Below, piece after piece: positions 9,422 through 16,909 of a stretch of DNA of 26,913 bases (positions are counted from its first letter, which is position 1; every line of letters starts with the position of its first letter). Both the position numbers and the translations under genes were made by a program. Source of the DNA: Methanothrix sp. (lineage in GTDB: Archaea; Halobacteriota; Methanosarcinia; Methanotrichales; Methanotrichaceae); contig JBAXWY010000038.1 of the NCBI GenBank assembly GCA_037128175.1, positions 1 through 26,913 of the forward strand, given 5' to 3'. The notes beneath the pieces were generated by a model. It saw only the letters and a program-made list of their open reading frames with translations. It was not told the origin of the DNA and searched no databases.

Positions 9422-9705
9422 ACCCCGCACGAGTTTACGAGTAAAAATCAAACCCTATGTCTCTCTACACAATGAGCTTTCTAATAACAAGTGAAAACGC
9501 CAGCAAAAAAGCCACAAGGGCCAAGAAAGACTCCCATGGGACGGACCGGCCAAGCGCAGCTGCCCTCTGGCATATGCTCGAACAAGTTAATTAGAGCCCC
9601 TTCTTAAAGCTCACAAACGAGGGCCGATGGTCGAGAAACATAACCCACCCCTACCTTCATCTCGGCCTGAGCCAGCCACATGGTATAGAGCAGTTCTGCG
9701 GTTGC

Positions 9706-9888
9706 TCAAGGCTTAATATAAGCATTCAATCCGATGGTGATCGGCTTATCATCAACTTTAGCGGTAGTAACGATATTCCCATGTGTACTTGCAACAACAA
9801 GGGTTTTACCGGATGACGATGGGGTTGGTTTTTCCAGGTCAATTTCTATGAAGAGCTTGTTATCCTTGATTTCTACTTTCAGAGTCAT
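9706..9888 (-). CDS. Small beta-rich hypothetical protein (60 aa)
   Basis: GGAG RBS before ATG 9888; L.IEIDL...PS.SGKT.VVAST.GN...IGLNAY is a small-protein pattern I recall from mobile elements; function unknown. Confidence 0.8.
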   Translation of the reverse strand: MTLKVEIKDNKLFIEIDLEKPTPSSSGKTLVVASTHGNIVTTAKVDDKPITIGLNAYIKP

Positions 9889-10017
9889 ATGAGTTCTCCT
9901 ATTGGCCATTCTTTCGACATTCTCATCTATTACCCTTTCCCTGAGAGATCCTCAGACATTTTTCGACGATTTTCGCGTTGCAACCATTTATCTCTTGGGG
10001 TCAAGGGACAGAGAAGA

Positions 10018-10340
10018 CCGCATCCTTCAGAGTGCGGATGAATCGAGCCCCTTGCGAGAGTACTTTCGTCCCGAGCTACTCGATTTGATATAGTTTCAAG
10101 ATGATTAGATCTTAGTTCCCTGGCACGTCCAGGAAACCGATTCACGCCTTCTAAACGGAAGGTAGGGCACTGAAGTTCTACTTCAGAGAGACGGTGAACG
10201 TGAATCAATCGCTTTGCGTGGCATGATCCTCGTAAGAGGATGGTCTGAGCGTGAACGGAAAGGTTCAGCAACAACAGCGTTAAGATCTCCACGCTTAGCA
10301 GGCTGCCTGAGTTGAGTGAAACTCTGCGGGTTCGCTACCC
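10018..10340 (+). ncRNA. Highly structured non-coding segment; candidate group II intron domain I fragment or novel ncRNA
   Basis: At least 11 stems in 320 nt, including GATTCACG/CGTGAATC (10139/10199) enclosing two hairpins, AATCGAG/CTCGATT and ATCCTC-GTAA-GAGGAT. GU pairs favour the + strand. Class assignment is from recall only. Confidence 0.55.
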
Positions 10341-10780
10341 AAATGTCAACCAGCCGATAGCGACACGACTTTTTGCGTAGTCGCAAGCCACGGACTTTAG
10401 GCCGTGGTAGTTGACGTAACAAAAGGATTGAGGCGGGATAAAATTTGGAAATACAATTTTTGGGTCCAATGGAATTTCAAATCTCTCCACTTCTGTTATC
10501 TCCCAAGCAAATCCTATTTCTTTATTCCTAAAATAGTCAAAAAACTCGTCTTCAGAAATCCCCGCATCATCCTTTGTTGGTCCCATAAAGCTCTGGGACT
10601 GCCTTCAATTATATTATTTATCTTGAAACTTCCAATTATTTTTTTAATAGGGGCGGTTGAGTAAATATATACACAATTTATATCTGTTTTAGCGAATTTA
10701 CTTTTGCGAAATTCATATTTTTTCCGCCCATCCATAATAGCCTCCACAAATCTTGGCTTAATGGATAGTAAAACGTCCAT
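10335..10780 (-). pseudogene. ASCH/PUA-domain protein, frameshifted, with its 3' end replaced by the IS605 end
   Basis: LLSIKP.F.E.I..G.K.YEFRK..VYIYS.AP...IIG (10514-10780) continues in another frame as AGIS..EFF.YF....PPQSFCY (10335-10586); one base is missing near 10575. Confidence 0.85.
10345..10415 (+). mobile_element. IS200/IS605-family end (tnpB-type right end / omegaRNA 3' part)
   Basis: Subterminal hairpin CCACGG-ACTTTAGG-CCGTGG followed by TAGTTGAC; GTCAAC (10345) is complementary to the terminal GTTGAC; GTCAACCAGCCGATA reads VNQPI, like TnpB C-termini. No tnpA or tnpB ORF present. Confidence 0.75.
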
Positions 10781-11004
10781 CGATATCACCGATTTCTTTT
10801 ATAGATTAAACATTATTTATTACTATGAGCTGCGCATTTGTTAAATAATCAATTTCTATAAATAACCTATCCCTGGTGCGAATAGTAACGATGCCCATGG
10901 GCGCGATGATGCCCAAGATGTAAGAGAATCGTGTCCCATCATTAAGTGCAAGCAGAAGATAGAACCTAACGAGGGGTTCCCGTCCGGTCCGCTTGCCTCC
11001 CTGT

Positions 11005-11157
11005 GCATCCTCCTGGCGAAGGACAATGAGGCCAACCAGTTAGTGATGCTGGATTTACTCACGCGCGCGCCTGGGCAGCCGGGCGGACGGGGCCGCCCAC
11101 GGCATCGAGACCACCCAGGCCCGGGAGCGCCGGCCCTGCGACAATGGTGCTCATGTA
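11005..11157 (+). pseudogene. Decayed REC fragment, copy B
   Basis: ILLAKDNEANQLVMLDLLTR, the same 4-nt GC slip, LGSRADGAAHGIETTQARERRPCD, then +1 MVLMY (matching DLVLMD). Confidence 0.75.
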
Positions 11158-11194
11158 TAGATTGTGGTCGCTGGGGATCGCCCAAAATTTGGGG

Positions 11195-12907
11195 CTATTG
11201 GCAATCACCTACCATCTCATTTTCTGCCTCAATTCGCTCGTGAAGATGTTGCTTTAAAATTGATAGAAGATCTGGACCTTTTGCGACCTTATCAGTTGCA
11301 CCTAGATCTCTATAATCCGAATTTACAAGCAGATAAGCATCTGCAAAAATTTCAACACTCAACTCTTTTTCCGCAAGTGACGCCAATTCTTGCGTCTGAG
11401 GATTTGCCTTTGATAATGCTAGCATTGAAGCAGCCATTGCGATATAGAATTTGAGGTCGGTTTTCGCTGAAGCCGTAAGATCTCCTGTGTACAAATTAAG
11501 AAATTCCTCCGTTAATTTTATAATTTGGGCGCATGCACGATAAATCTCAATTGGGTACTCACGATTGAATAATTTCTTATATTCTTCATCCCGCTTCATT
11601 AGAGAAGATGGCCTTGCACGTGCTGTATCTGGCTTTTGGAGAACAACTGCCATAACAGCCTGTGCCATTTGTGGAATGCCTACTATCCTATTAATTGGCT
11701 TGCCTTCATTTTTATAATAATTCTTTCTGCGATCGTAATAAAGACCAAACGGTTTAAGGTACTCTTCGATATCTCTGTGAATTCTGTCTGTTGCCCGCAG
11801 AGATGCAGGAGGAATTGCGGTTTGGCTGTTGGTTGCCTTTATTATGCGATCTCGGCTCTCCGATGCATTTGGCACTATTACTCGGACTAAGAGATTTCTT
11901 TCATCGCCTTGAGTATTACAGCTTGAGAAGTAATTGTATATTTCTGTTGAGGTCTGGAGTCCGTTTACTACTTCGGGATTTTCAACTGTTATCTTTTTTC
12001 CGCTTTGAGTTGCCTTTGATGCCAGCACTGTGATGCCATTGTTTAACCACCAGAAGTCTTCATTAATCGGATTTTGAAGCGAGGTTTGAATCTCCTCGTT
12101 TACTTGCGTCTTACCTTGATAGTCCCTTACATTGGCTTCGAAAATTTGGCGTATTAGATGGCCTTCCGAATCAGTTATAAAGCTGTAGAAATCATTGAGA
12201 GAAACTAGGCACACAAAGGCTACTGCACCCGTAGACGATATTGGATTTTCGGAAAGCTTGAGTTCATAAGTTGTTATGGGCGAACGACGTGCTAGATCCA
12301 GCAAGTTCCTTGCACCCAAGAATTCAATCTTAAACTCAGAAGATGAAAAGAGATGCTTGACTGTGTCTCTAAGGCGGACTTCCTTTCGCTCAACATTGGA
12401 ATGAAGTTGATCACCTTTTGTGGCATAATAATATAATAATGACAATTTTGGAAATCTGGAGGCTAGCATTTGATAAGTTTTTCTGAATCGTTTTACTGCT
12501 TCAATCAGTGACGGATTATATACCGAGCGGAGTTCATCGAGTGGTCTTGATAAATCGAACAGATCTCCTGTGGCAGAAATAAATCGATCAATAGCGGCTT
12601 CTGAAAAACCAGAAGTCGTCTTTGATTGAATCATTACTACCTCTATTGTTATATTTTTTTTCAAATCTGCGAAGTCACTATCGTCCTGTAGAAGTTCCCC
12701 ATTGACAAAAACATAGAACGAATCAATGCCACCATCACCGCTTCCAGAGATTATGCCTGATACAAGTTCGTCATAAGACAAGTCGAAATCTTTTAGGATC
12801 TGTTCTGATGTAAATACTTCAAAATACTTGTCAACAGCAAGAGTCGGTGCGATATTGCAGCGTTGTTGTTCCAGAACTTGGTCTAGGATAATTCTATCAT
12901 TGCTCAT
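11195..12907 (-). CDS. AIPR family protein (abortive infection phage resistance, often RM-associated)
   Basis: DGGID, IQSK, IFEANVRDYQG, FW.LNNGIT, VNGLQTS, ATNSQT and YYDRRKNYY motifs; GAGG RBS. Confidence 0.95.
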   Translation of the reverse strand: MSNDRIILDQVLEQQRCNIAPTLAVDKYFEVFTSEQILKDFDLSYDELVSGIISGSGDGGIDSFYVFVNGELLQDDSDFADLKKNITIEVVMIQSKTTSGFSEAAIDRFISATGDLFDLSRPLDELRSVYNPSLIEAVKRFRKTYQMLASRFPKLSLLYYYATKGDQLHSNVERKEVRLRDTVKHLFSSSEFKIEFLGARNLLDLARRSPITTYELKLSENPISSTGAVAFVCLVSLNDFYSFITDSEGHLIRQIFEANVRDYQGKTQVNEEIQTSLQNPINEDFWWLNNGITVLASKATQSGKKITVENPEVVNGLQTSTEIYNYFSSCNTQGDERNLLVRVIVPNASESRDRIIKATNSQTAIPPASLRATDRIHRDIEEYLKPFGLYYDRRKNYYKNEGKPINRIVGIPQMAQAVMAVVLQKPDTARARPSSLMKRDEEYKKLFNREYPIEIYRACAQIIKLTEEFLNLYTGDLTASAKTDLKFYIAMAASMLALSKANPQTQELASLAEKELSVEIFADAYLLVNSDYRDLGATDKVAKGPDLLSILKQHLHERIEAENEMVGDCQ

Positions 12908-13145
12908 TATTAGCCTCTAATGATTTCATTTTTCTATTTTATGCAAAGAAGATCTTAATTAAGTATTTGCCACGAATTAATTATTTATGTATTGTTTAGT
13001 TCACCTTAATCCGCTTCATTAAACTCATTTTATGATATTATGGATGGCGAGTTCAAAGAGCCAATATCAAGTAACTTCAGCTATTGATATTATTTCTCAA
13101 TTTAGCAAACGTTGTTGGGCGACATATCTTCATTGAAATAATATC

Positions 13146-13298
13146 CTAGCAGACGGAGTCATCGTCAAAGATATCCTCTAGGCGCTTCTTGAGTGTTTCG
13201 TACTCCTCTTTGCTGACACGCCAGACAACTTCACCATGCATATTGACAGCGCCGCCGTAAGGGAGGTCGTACCGTATCATTTCACGCCGATCTACCAT
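13146..13298 (-). CDS. Small hypothetical protein (50 aa), copy 2, directly downstream of tRNA-Leu(TAG)
   Basis: MVDRREMIRYDLPYGGAVNMHGEVVWRVSKEEYETLKKRLEDIFDDDSVC; TTTAAATA TATA box about 25-30 nt upstream. Confidence 0.6.
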   Translation of the reverse strand: MVDRREMIRYDLPYGGAVNMHGEVVWRVSKEEYETLKKRLEDIFDDDSVC

Positions 13299-13337
13299 AT
13301 CTATCCCTCTACGTTCCTTAAATATTTAAAGATCAGA

Positions 13338-13420
13338 TGCGGGGGACGGGAGTCGAACCCGCGAACACCTTCGTGACAGGGTCCTAAGCCCTGCGCCTTT
13401 AACCACTTGGCAACCCCCGC
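13338..13420 (-). tRNA. tRNA-Leu (anticodon TAG)
   Basis: GCGGGGG/CCCCCGC-A acceptor stem, CAGGG-CTTAGGA-CCCTG anticodon arm, long variable arm, GGTTCGACTCC T-arm. Confidence 0.97.
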
Positions 13421-13489
13421 GTTTGTGCCTTCCTCAGTAAGGCTTGGCCACATAAAAGAACTGTGCTCTACTAGAACTTTGCGATCCCC

Positions 13490-13930
13490 TCAACACCTTC
13501 CGGAGGCCCTCAGCCTCCTCGACGCCTGGATGAGGTCCCTCATCTCCTCACGGCTCACCTTTTGCCTCTGCTTTTGGTCCTCCCACTCGCGCCGGAAGGG
13601 ATAGAAATACTCGTAAAGCTCCAGGATGTCCCTTGCGTACACCACGAGCCCTTCCTCAATCACCGCGATCTTGATGTGCAGAGGCAAGAGCTCGAAGATG
13701 CGCACGTCATAGCGATGGTCACATAGATGCGAGATGAACTCTCTCCAGAGCGCGGCTTTATCGGCGGCCTCTGGGGCTACTATGCACAGGTCGATGTCGC
13801 TTCTCGGCCCAGCATCACTACGAGCCACGGAGCCGTAGAGAAGCACGCCCTGCACTTGATCCTGCCAGAAGGATTCATGCAGAAACAGCAGGTCGTTTTT
13901 CACCTGGGCGGCAACATCTTCTCCAACCAT
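13490..13930 (-). CDS. mntA: Minimal nucleotidyltransferase (MNT) antitoxin
   Basis: LYGS.AR......SDIDL (GSX10DXD) motif; overlaps the HEPN gene. Confidence 0.88.
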   Translation of the reverse strand: MVGEDVAAQVKNDLLFLHESFWQDQVQGVLLYGSVARSDAGPRSDIDLCIVAPEAADKAALWREFISHLCDHRYDVRIFELLPLHIKIAVIEEGLVVYARDILELYEYFYPFRREWEDQKQRQKVSREEMRDLIQASRRLRASGRC

Positions 13931-14331
13931 GCTTCCACCTCTTCGCCAAAAGCCGTGATGCCGGAAAGCAAGCCTCTCATGCTATCCAGAGCGAGCAGAT
14001 CATCCCTTTTATTATACCTGTGCACCAGATGATTGCGTAGGCCGTTGGCTTCAATCAGGACCTTCTTTGAGCCTTCTGTCAGATCCCCCAGATTCTCAAG
14101 GTTGCCGTAATCGTCATGTGGCTTGATCCCCAGATCCTTGCACATCATTGCCACCAGATCCATACAAGCTTCGACGGCTTCCTGAAATGCCTTGTAGGAT
14201 GCCAGCTTCGTCTTGTCATCCTCTAAAAAAACCTCAGAGGATACCTCCTCCAGCCAATCCTGCGCCTGCCCGGCTCTCTTGAAAATAAGATCGAGCTTAT
14301 CCTTGTATCTGCCTGCTCTTTCTATCTTCAT
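13900..14331 (-). CDS. hepT: HEPN/DUF86 RNase toxin
   Basis: RNHLVHRY (RX4HXY) motif; paired with MNT. Confidence 0.88.
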   Translation of the reverse strand: MKIERAGRYKDKLDLIFKRAGQAQDWLEEVSSEVFLEDDKTKLASYKAFQEAVEACMDLVAMMCKDLGIKPHDDYGNLENLGDLTEGSKKVLIEANGLRNHLVHRYNKRDDLLALDSMRGLLSGITAFGEEVEAWLEKMLPPR

Positions 14332-14352
14332 TGATGGCTCAACTCAAAGGAA

Positions 14353-15261
14353 TTATCTCTGGCCCATCAGCCAGGCCATGACTGCCTTGCTGGTGTGCAT
14401 CCGGTTCTCTGCCTCGTCGAATACCGCACTCTGCGGCCCGTCCATCACCTCGTCCGTGATCTCCTGGCCCCGGTGGGCAGGCAGACAGTGCAATGCGATG
14501 GCCTCTGGGGCCGCCAGGCCCATGATCTCAGAATTCAACTGATACTTGCCGAATACTCGCAGCCTTTCGGCTTCCTGGCCCTCATCTCCCATGGAGACCC
14601 AGGTATCCGTAACCAGCACGTTTGCGCCCTCTGCCGCCGCAGATGGCTCCTCTACAACCTTAGGCCAGCCGCCCAAGCTCTTGGCCTGCTCCAGAATGAG
14701 GGGCTTTGGCTGGTAGCCCTGGGGCGAGGCCACCGTGATCTCCATGCCCAAAATGGCCGAGGCCAGGATGAGGGAGTTACAGACATTGTTTCCGTCGCCC
14801 ACCCAGGCGAGGCGCAGCCCCTCCAGCTTTCCGAAGCGTTGATGCATGGTCTGCAGGTCGGCCAGAATCTGTAGCGGATGCTCCCAGTCGGACAGAGCGT
14901 TGACCACAGGCACGCGGGCGTGCTTCGCGAGCTGGACCACCGTGTTGTGAGAATAGACGCGAGCCGTGATGCCCTGCACATAGCGGGAGAGCACGCGCGC
15001 CGTGTCGGCGATAGTTTCACCCCGCCCGAGCTGAAGCTCCCCAGCCGACAGGTAAATGGGATGGGCACCAAGCTCCGCCGCCGCCACCTCCAGGGAGACG
15101 CGCGTGCGTGTGGAGGGCTTCTCGAAGATCATGGCCAGGCTCTTTCCCAGGAGCGGATGGCCATGCCAGCCCCGCCGGGACCGAAAGGCCTCAGCGCTCT
15201 CCAGCAGCCGCAAAATGTCCTCTTGGGAGAGATCAGAGATAGAGATGAGATCCATTTTCAT
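14353..15261 (-). CDS. argF: Ornithine carbamoyltransferase
   Basis: FEKPSTRTR, HPLQ, GDGNNV, SMG and HCLP motifs. Confidence 0.98.
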   Translation of the reverse strand: MKMDLISISDLSQEDILRLLESAEAFRSRRGWHGHPLLGKSLAMIFEKPSTRTRVSLEVAAAELGAHPIYLSAGELQLGRGETIADTARVLSRYVQGITARVYSHNTVVQLAKHARVPVVNALSDWEHPLQILADLQTMHQRFGKLEGLRLAWVGDGNNVCNSLILASAILGMEITVASPQGYQPKPLILEQAKSLGGWPKVVEEPSAAAEGANVLVTDTWVSMGDEGQEAERLRVFGKYQLNSEIMGLAAPEAIALHCLPAHRGQEITDEVMDGPQSAVFDEAENRMHTSKAVMAWLMGQR

Positions 15262-15270
15262 GTTCGTTCC

Positions 15271-15663
15271 TCAGCTTTGCATCCTTGCCTGGAGTTCGGA
15301 TATCGGGGTTATGTCCTCTACGGTCGTGGAGAGCGTGGCCTTAATGTTTTTGAAACCGGGAATGCTGTCGTCGCATACATTGTCGGAGACGAGCTGATTG
15401 GACCATGGGCTGTTGTACATGAAGGCCAGGCCCGGATGGGCTTCGTCCTCTGAGGTCCGGGCGGCGACAATTACGCTCCCCACGTCATTTTTCACCTGCA
15501 GCTTCTGCCCGTCTTTGGCTTCCAGGCGGATCATGTCCTGCTTGTCCAGAATGATCAGGGCGCTCAGGTTTTTGTACTCATCGGAAAACCGGCTCTTTCT
15601 TCCTGCCTCGTCCTGGAAGATGTCCCGCACGGTAACTATGGTGACCTGCACTTCTGCCGTCAT
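15271..15663 (-). CDS. fwdD: Formylmethanofuran dehydrogenase subunit D-like (molybdopterin dinucleotide-binding)
   Basis: T.R.IFQ, D...L....G..V.V....G, PG..FM..SPW.N.L and P.FK pattern; abuts fwdB. Confidence 0.85.
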   Translation of the reverse strand: MTAEVQVTIVTVRDIFQDEAGRKSRFSDEYKNLSALIILDKQDMIRLEAKDGQKLQVKNDVGSVIVAARTSEDEAHPGLAFMYNSPWSNQLVSDNVCDDSIPGFKNIKATLSTTVEDITPISELQARMQS

Positions 15664-16887
15664 TTAAATCGTCTCCATGATACGGGTTAAGATCTGCTCG
15701 TCCGAGAGCAGATTCGTATCGATGATGGGCTCAAACTTGATCTTCACTCCATCCATGCGTACCGCCGTGCCTCCGATCTCCAGGCCGGAAATAGCCGAAG
15801 GTATGACAACCTTCGCGGCATCCGTGGTCAAAGATCGTCGCGGATCTATGGCAATGAGCGGCAGCCGGGCCAGGGAATGGGCCGTGCCGAAGGGCAGCGC
15901 CGAGAGTGGATCTGAGCCGATGACCAGAGCCGCGTCGCATGTCTTGGCCGCGGCAACAACGCTATTCTCCGGCCCGTGCGCCGCCGCGCCGCCCTTAAAG
16001 GAGACGCGATTGATAAAGCCCGTCTTTTCCAGCATTAGCTCGTTAAAGCCGCGCATGTTGTAGTGCCCTACCATGGGGATGACCTTGAATGTGGTAATTT
16101 CATTTAGCTTAGCAAGCAGCCTCTCGAAGAGTTCCATCTTATCCTGCAAGGAATAGATCATGCCCGGGCCCGGAAAGATCGCTCCCCACTTAGTCTTCTT
16201 GAGATGGCTTCCCAGCTCAATCATTTTTTTCTTGTCTCCCACCTTGGGGATCTTTCCTTCCAAAACGGCCAGGATCGCCTCCATGAATTCGGCATCGCCT
16301 CCTGGCGCCACCCGGAAGTAGTAGTTGCTGCACAGCCGGGCCGTGGCGGACTTTCTCACATCCACGACAATGCAGGTCCTCTCCTCCTCGTAGCTCTTCT
16401 GCCTCTTCTCTCCCCGCGGATAGTAAGAGAAGCGCGAAAGATGGCGGGGATGGCTGCTGGAGGGGTCCGAGCCCCAGAAGATGCTGGTGTCGGCATAATT
16501 TCGCACATCGTCTAAAGTGCAAGAAGGAATCTTTCCCGATAAAATGCGCTCCATTAAGATTCCCTGGCAGAAAGAGGAGGCATCGTCCATGGTCGCGCCC
16601 AATTTTTCTGCCAGTTTTATGCCTGCTGCCTGCGCCTCTAATGTGGAGTTAGACCAGCCGTACAGGAGCGGGCTTTTGGCGCTCTTTAAAATTTCCGCGG
16701 CCTTGGCGATTGCTTTATCCAGGGTCACCTGCTCACCATCGATCATGGGCACCGTCCTCTCTGTGAAGGCTGCCTGGAAGTGGCCGTGCCCCTTGCGGCA
16801 GAGGTTCTTTACATGGGTGAGCGCACCATTTTCATAGGTCGCCACAATATCCTCGCAGAGAAGCGAGCATCCCGTGCATATTGCCAT
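15664..16887 (-). CDS. fwdB: Formylmethanofuran dehydrogenase subunit B-like (divergent active site)
   Basis: CxxCxxxC..C Fe-S motif, CTL..VRN.AD..FWG.DP..SHPRH.SR, GHYN and G.A.RMDGV. Confidence 0.92.
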   Translation of the reverse strand: MAICTGCSLLCEDIVATYENGALTHVKNLCRKGHGHFQAAFTERTVPMIDGEQVTLDKAIAKAAEILKSAKSPLLYGWSNSTLEAQAAGIKLAEKLGATMDDASSFCQGILMERILSGKIPSCTLDDVRNYADTSIFWGSDPSSSHPRHLSRFSYYPRGEKRQKSYEEERTCIVVDVRKSATARLCSNYYFRVAPGGDAEFMEAILAVLEGKIPKVGDKKKMIELGSHLKKTKWGAIFPGPGMIYSLQDKMELFERLLAKLNEITTFKVIPMVGHYNMRGFNELMLEKTGFINRVSFKGGAAAHGPENSVVAAAKTCDAALVIGSDPLSALPFGTAHSLARLPLIAIDPRRSLTTDAAKVVIPSAISGLEIGGTAVRMDGVKIKFEPIIDTNLLSDEQILTRIMETI

Positions 16888-16909
16888 TTGCTTTTCACCT
16901 TCCCTTTAA

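Larger units (their letters stand above)
9407..13337. mobile_element. ~3.9-kb tRNA-Leu(TAG)-integrated islet without its own integrase (AIPR, ASCH, small genes, structured RNA)
   Basis: Bounded by the tRNA and a duplicate of its 3' end; AT-rich defence-type cargo against the GC-rich core to the right. Confidence 0.7.

Noticed and set aside
9604-9708. Open frame continuing past the TGA of the 60-aa gene (selenocysteine?)
   Set aside because: The protein looks complete at GLNAYIKP, with no redox motif or SECIS evidence.
10087-10192. Group I intron-like words GATATAGT and TTCAGAGA (IStron?)
   Set aside because: They are in the wrong order (S before R) and I could not build a P7 pairing.
9902-10315. 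Plus-strand frame broken only by three TAG codons (pyrrolysine read-through?)
   Set aside because: TAG ends clear genes here (AIPR, fwdG, nadC, methyltransferase), the peptide resembles nothing I know, and RNA structure explains the region better.
9930-10422. ORFs 9930-10292 and 10183-10422
   Set aside because: No family features; they overlap the structured segment and the IS end.
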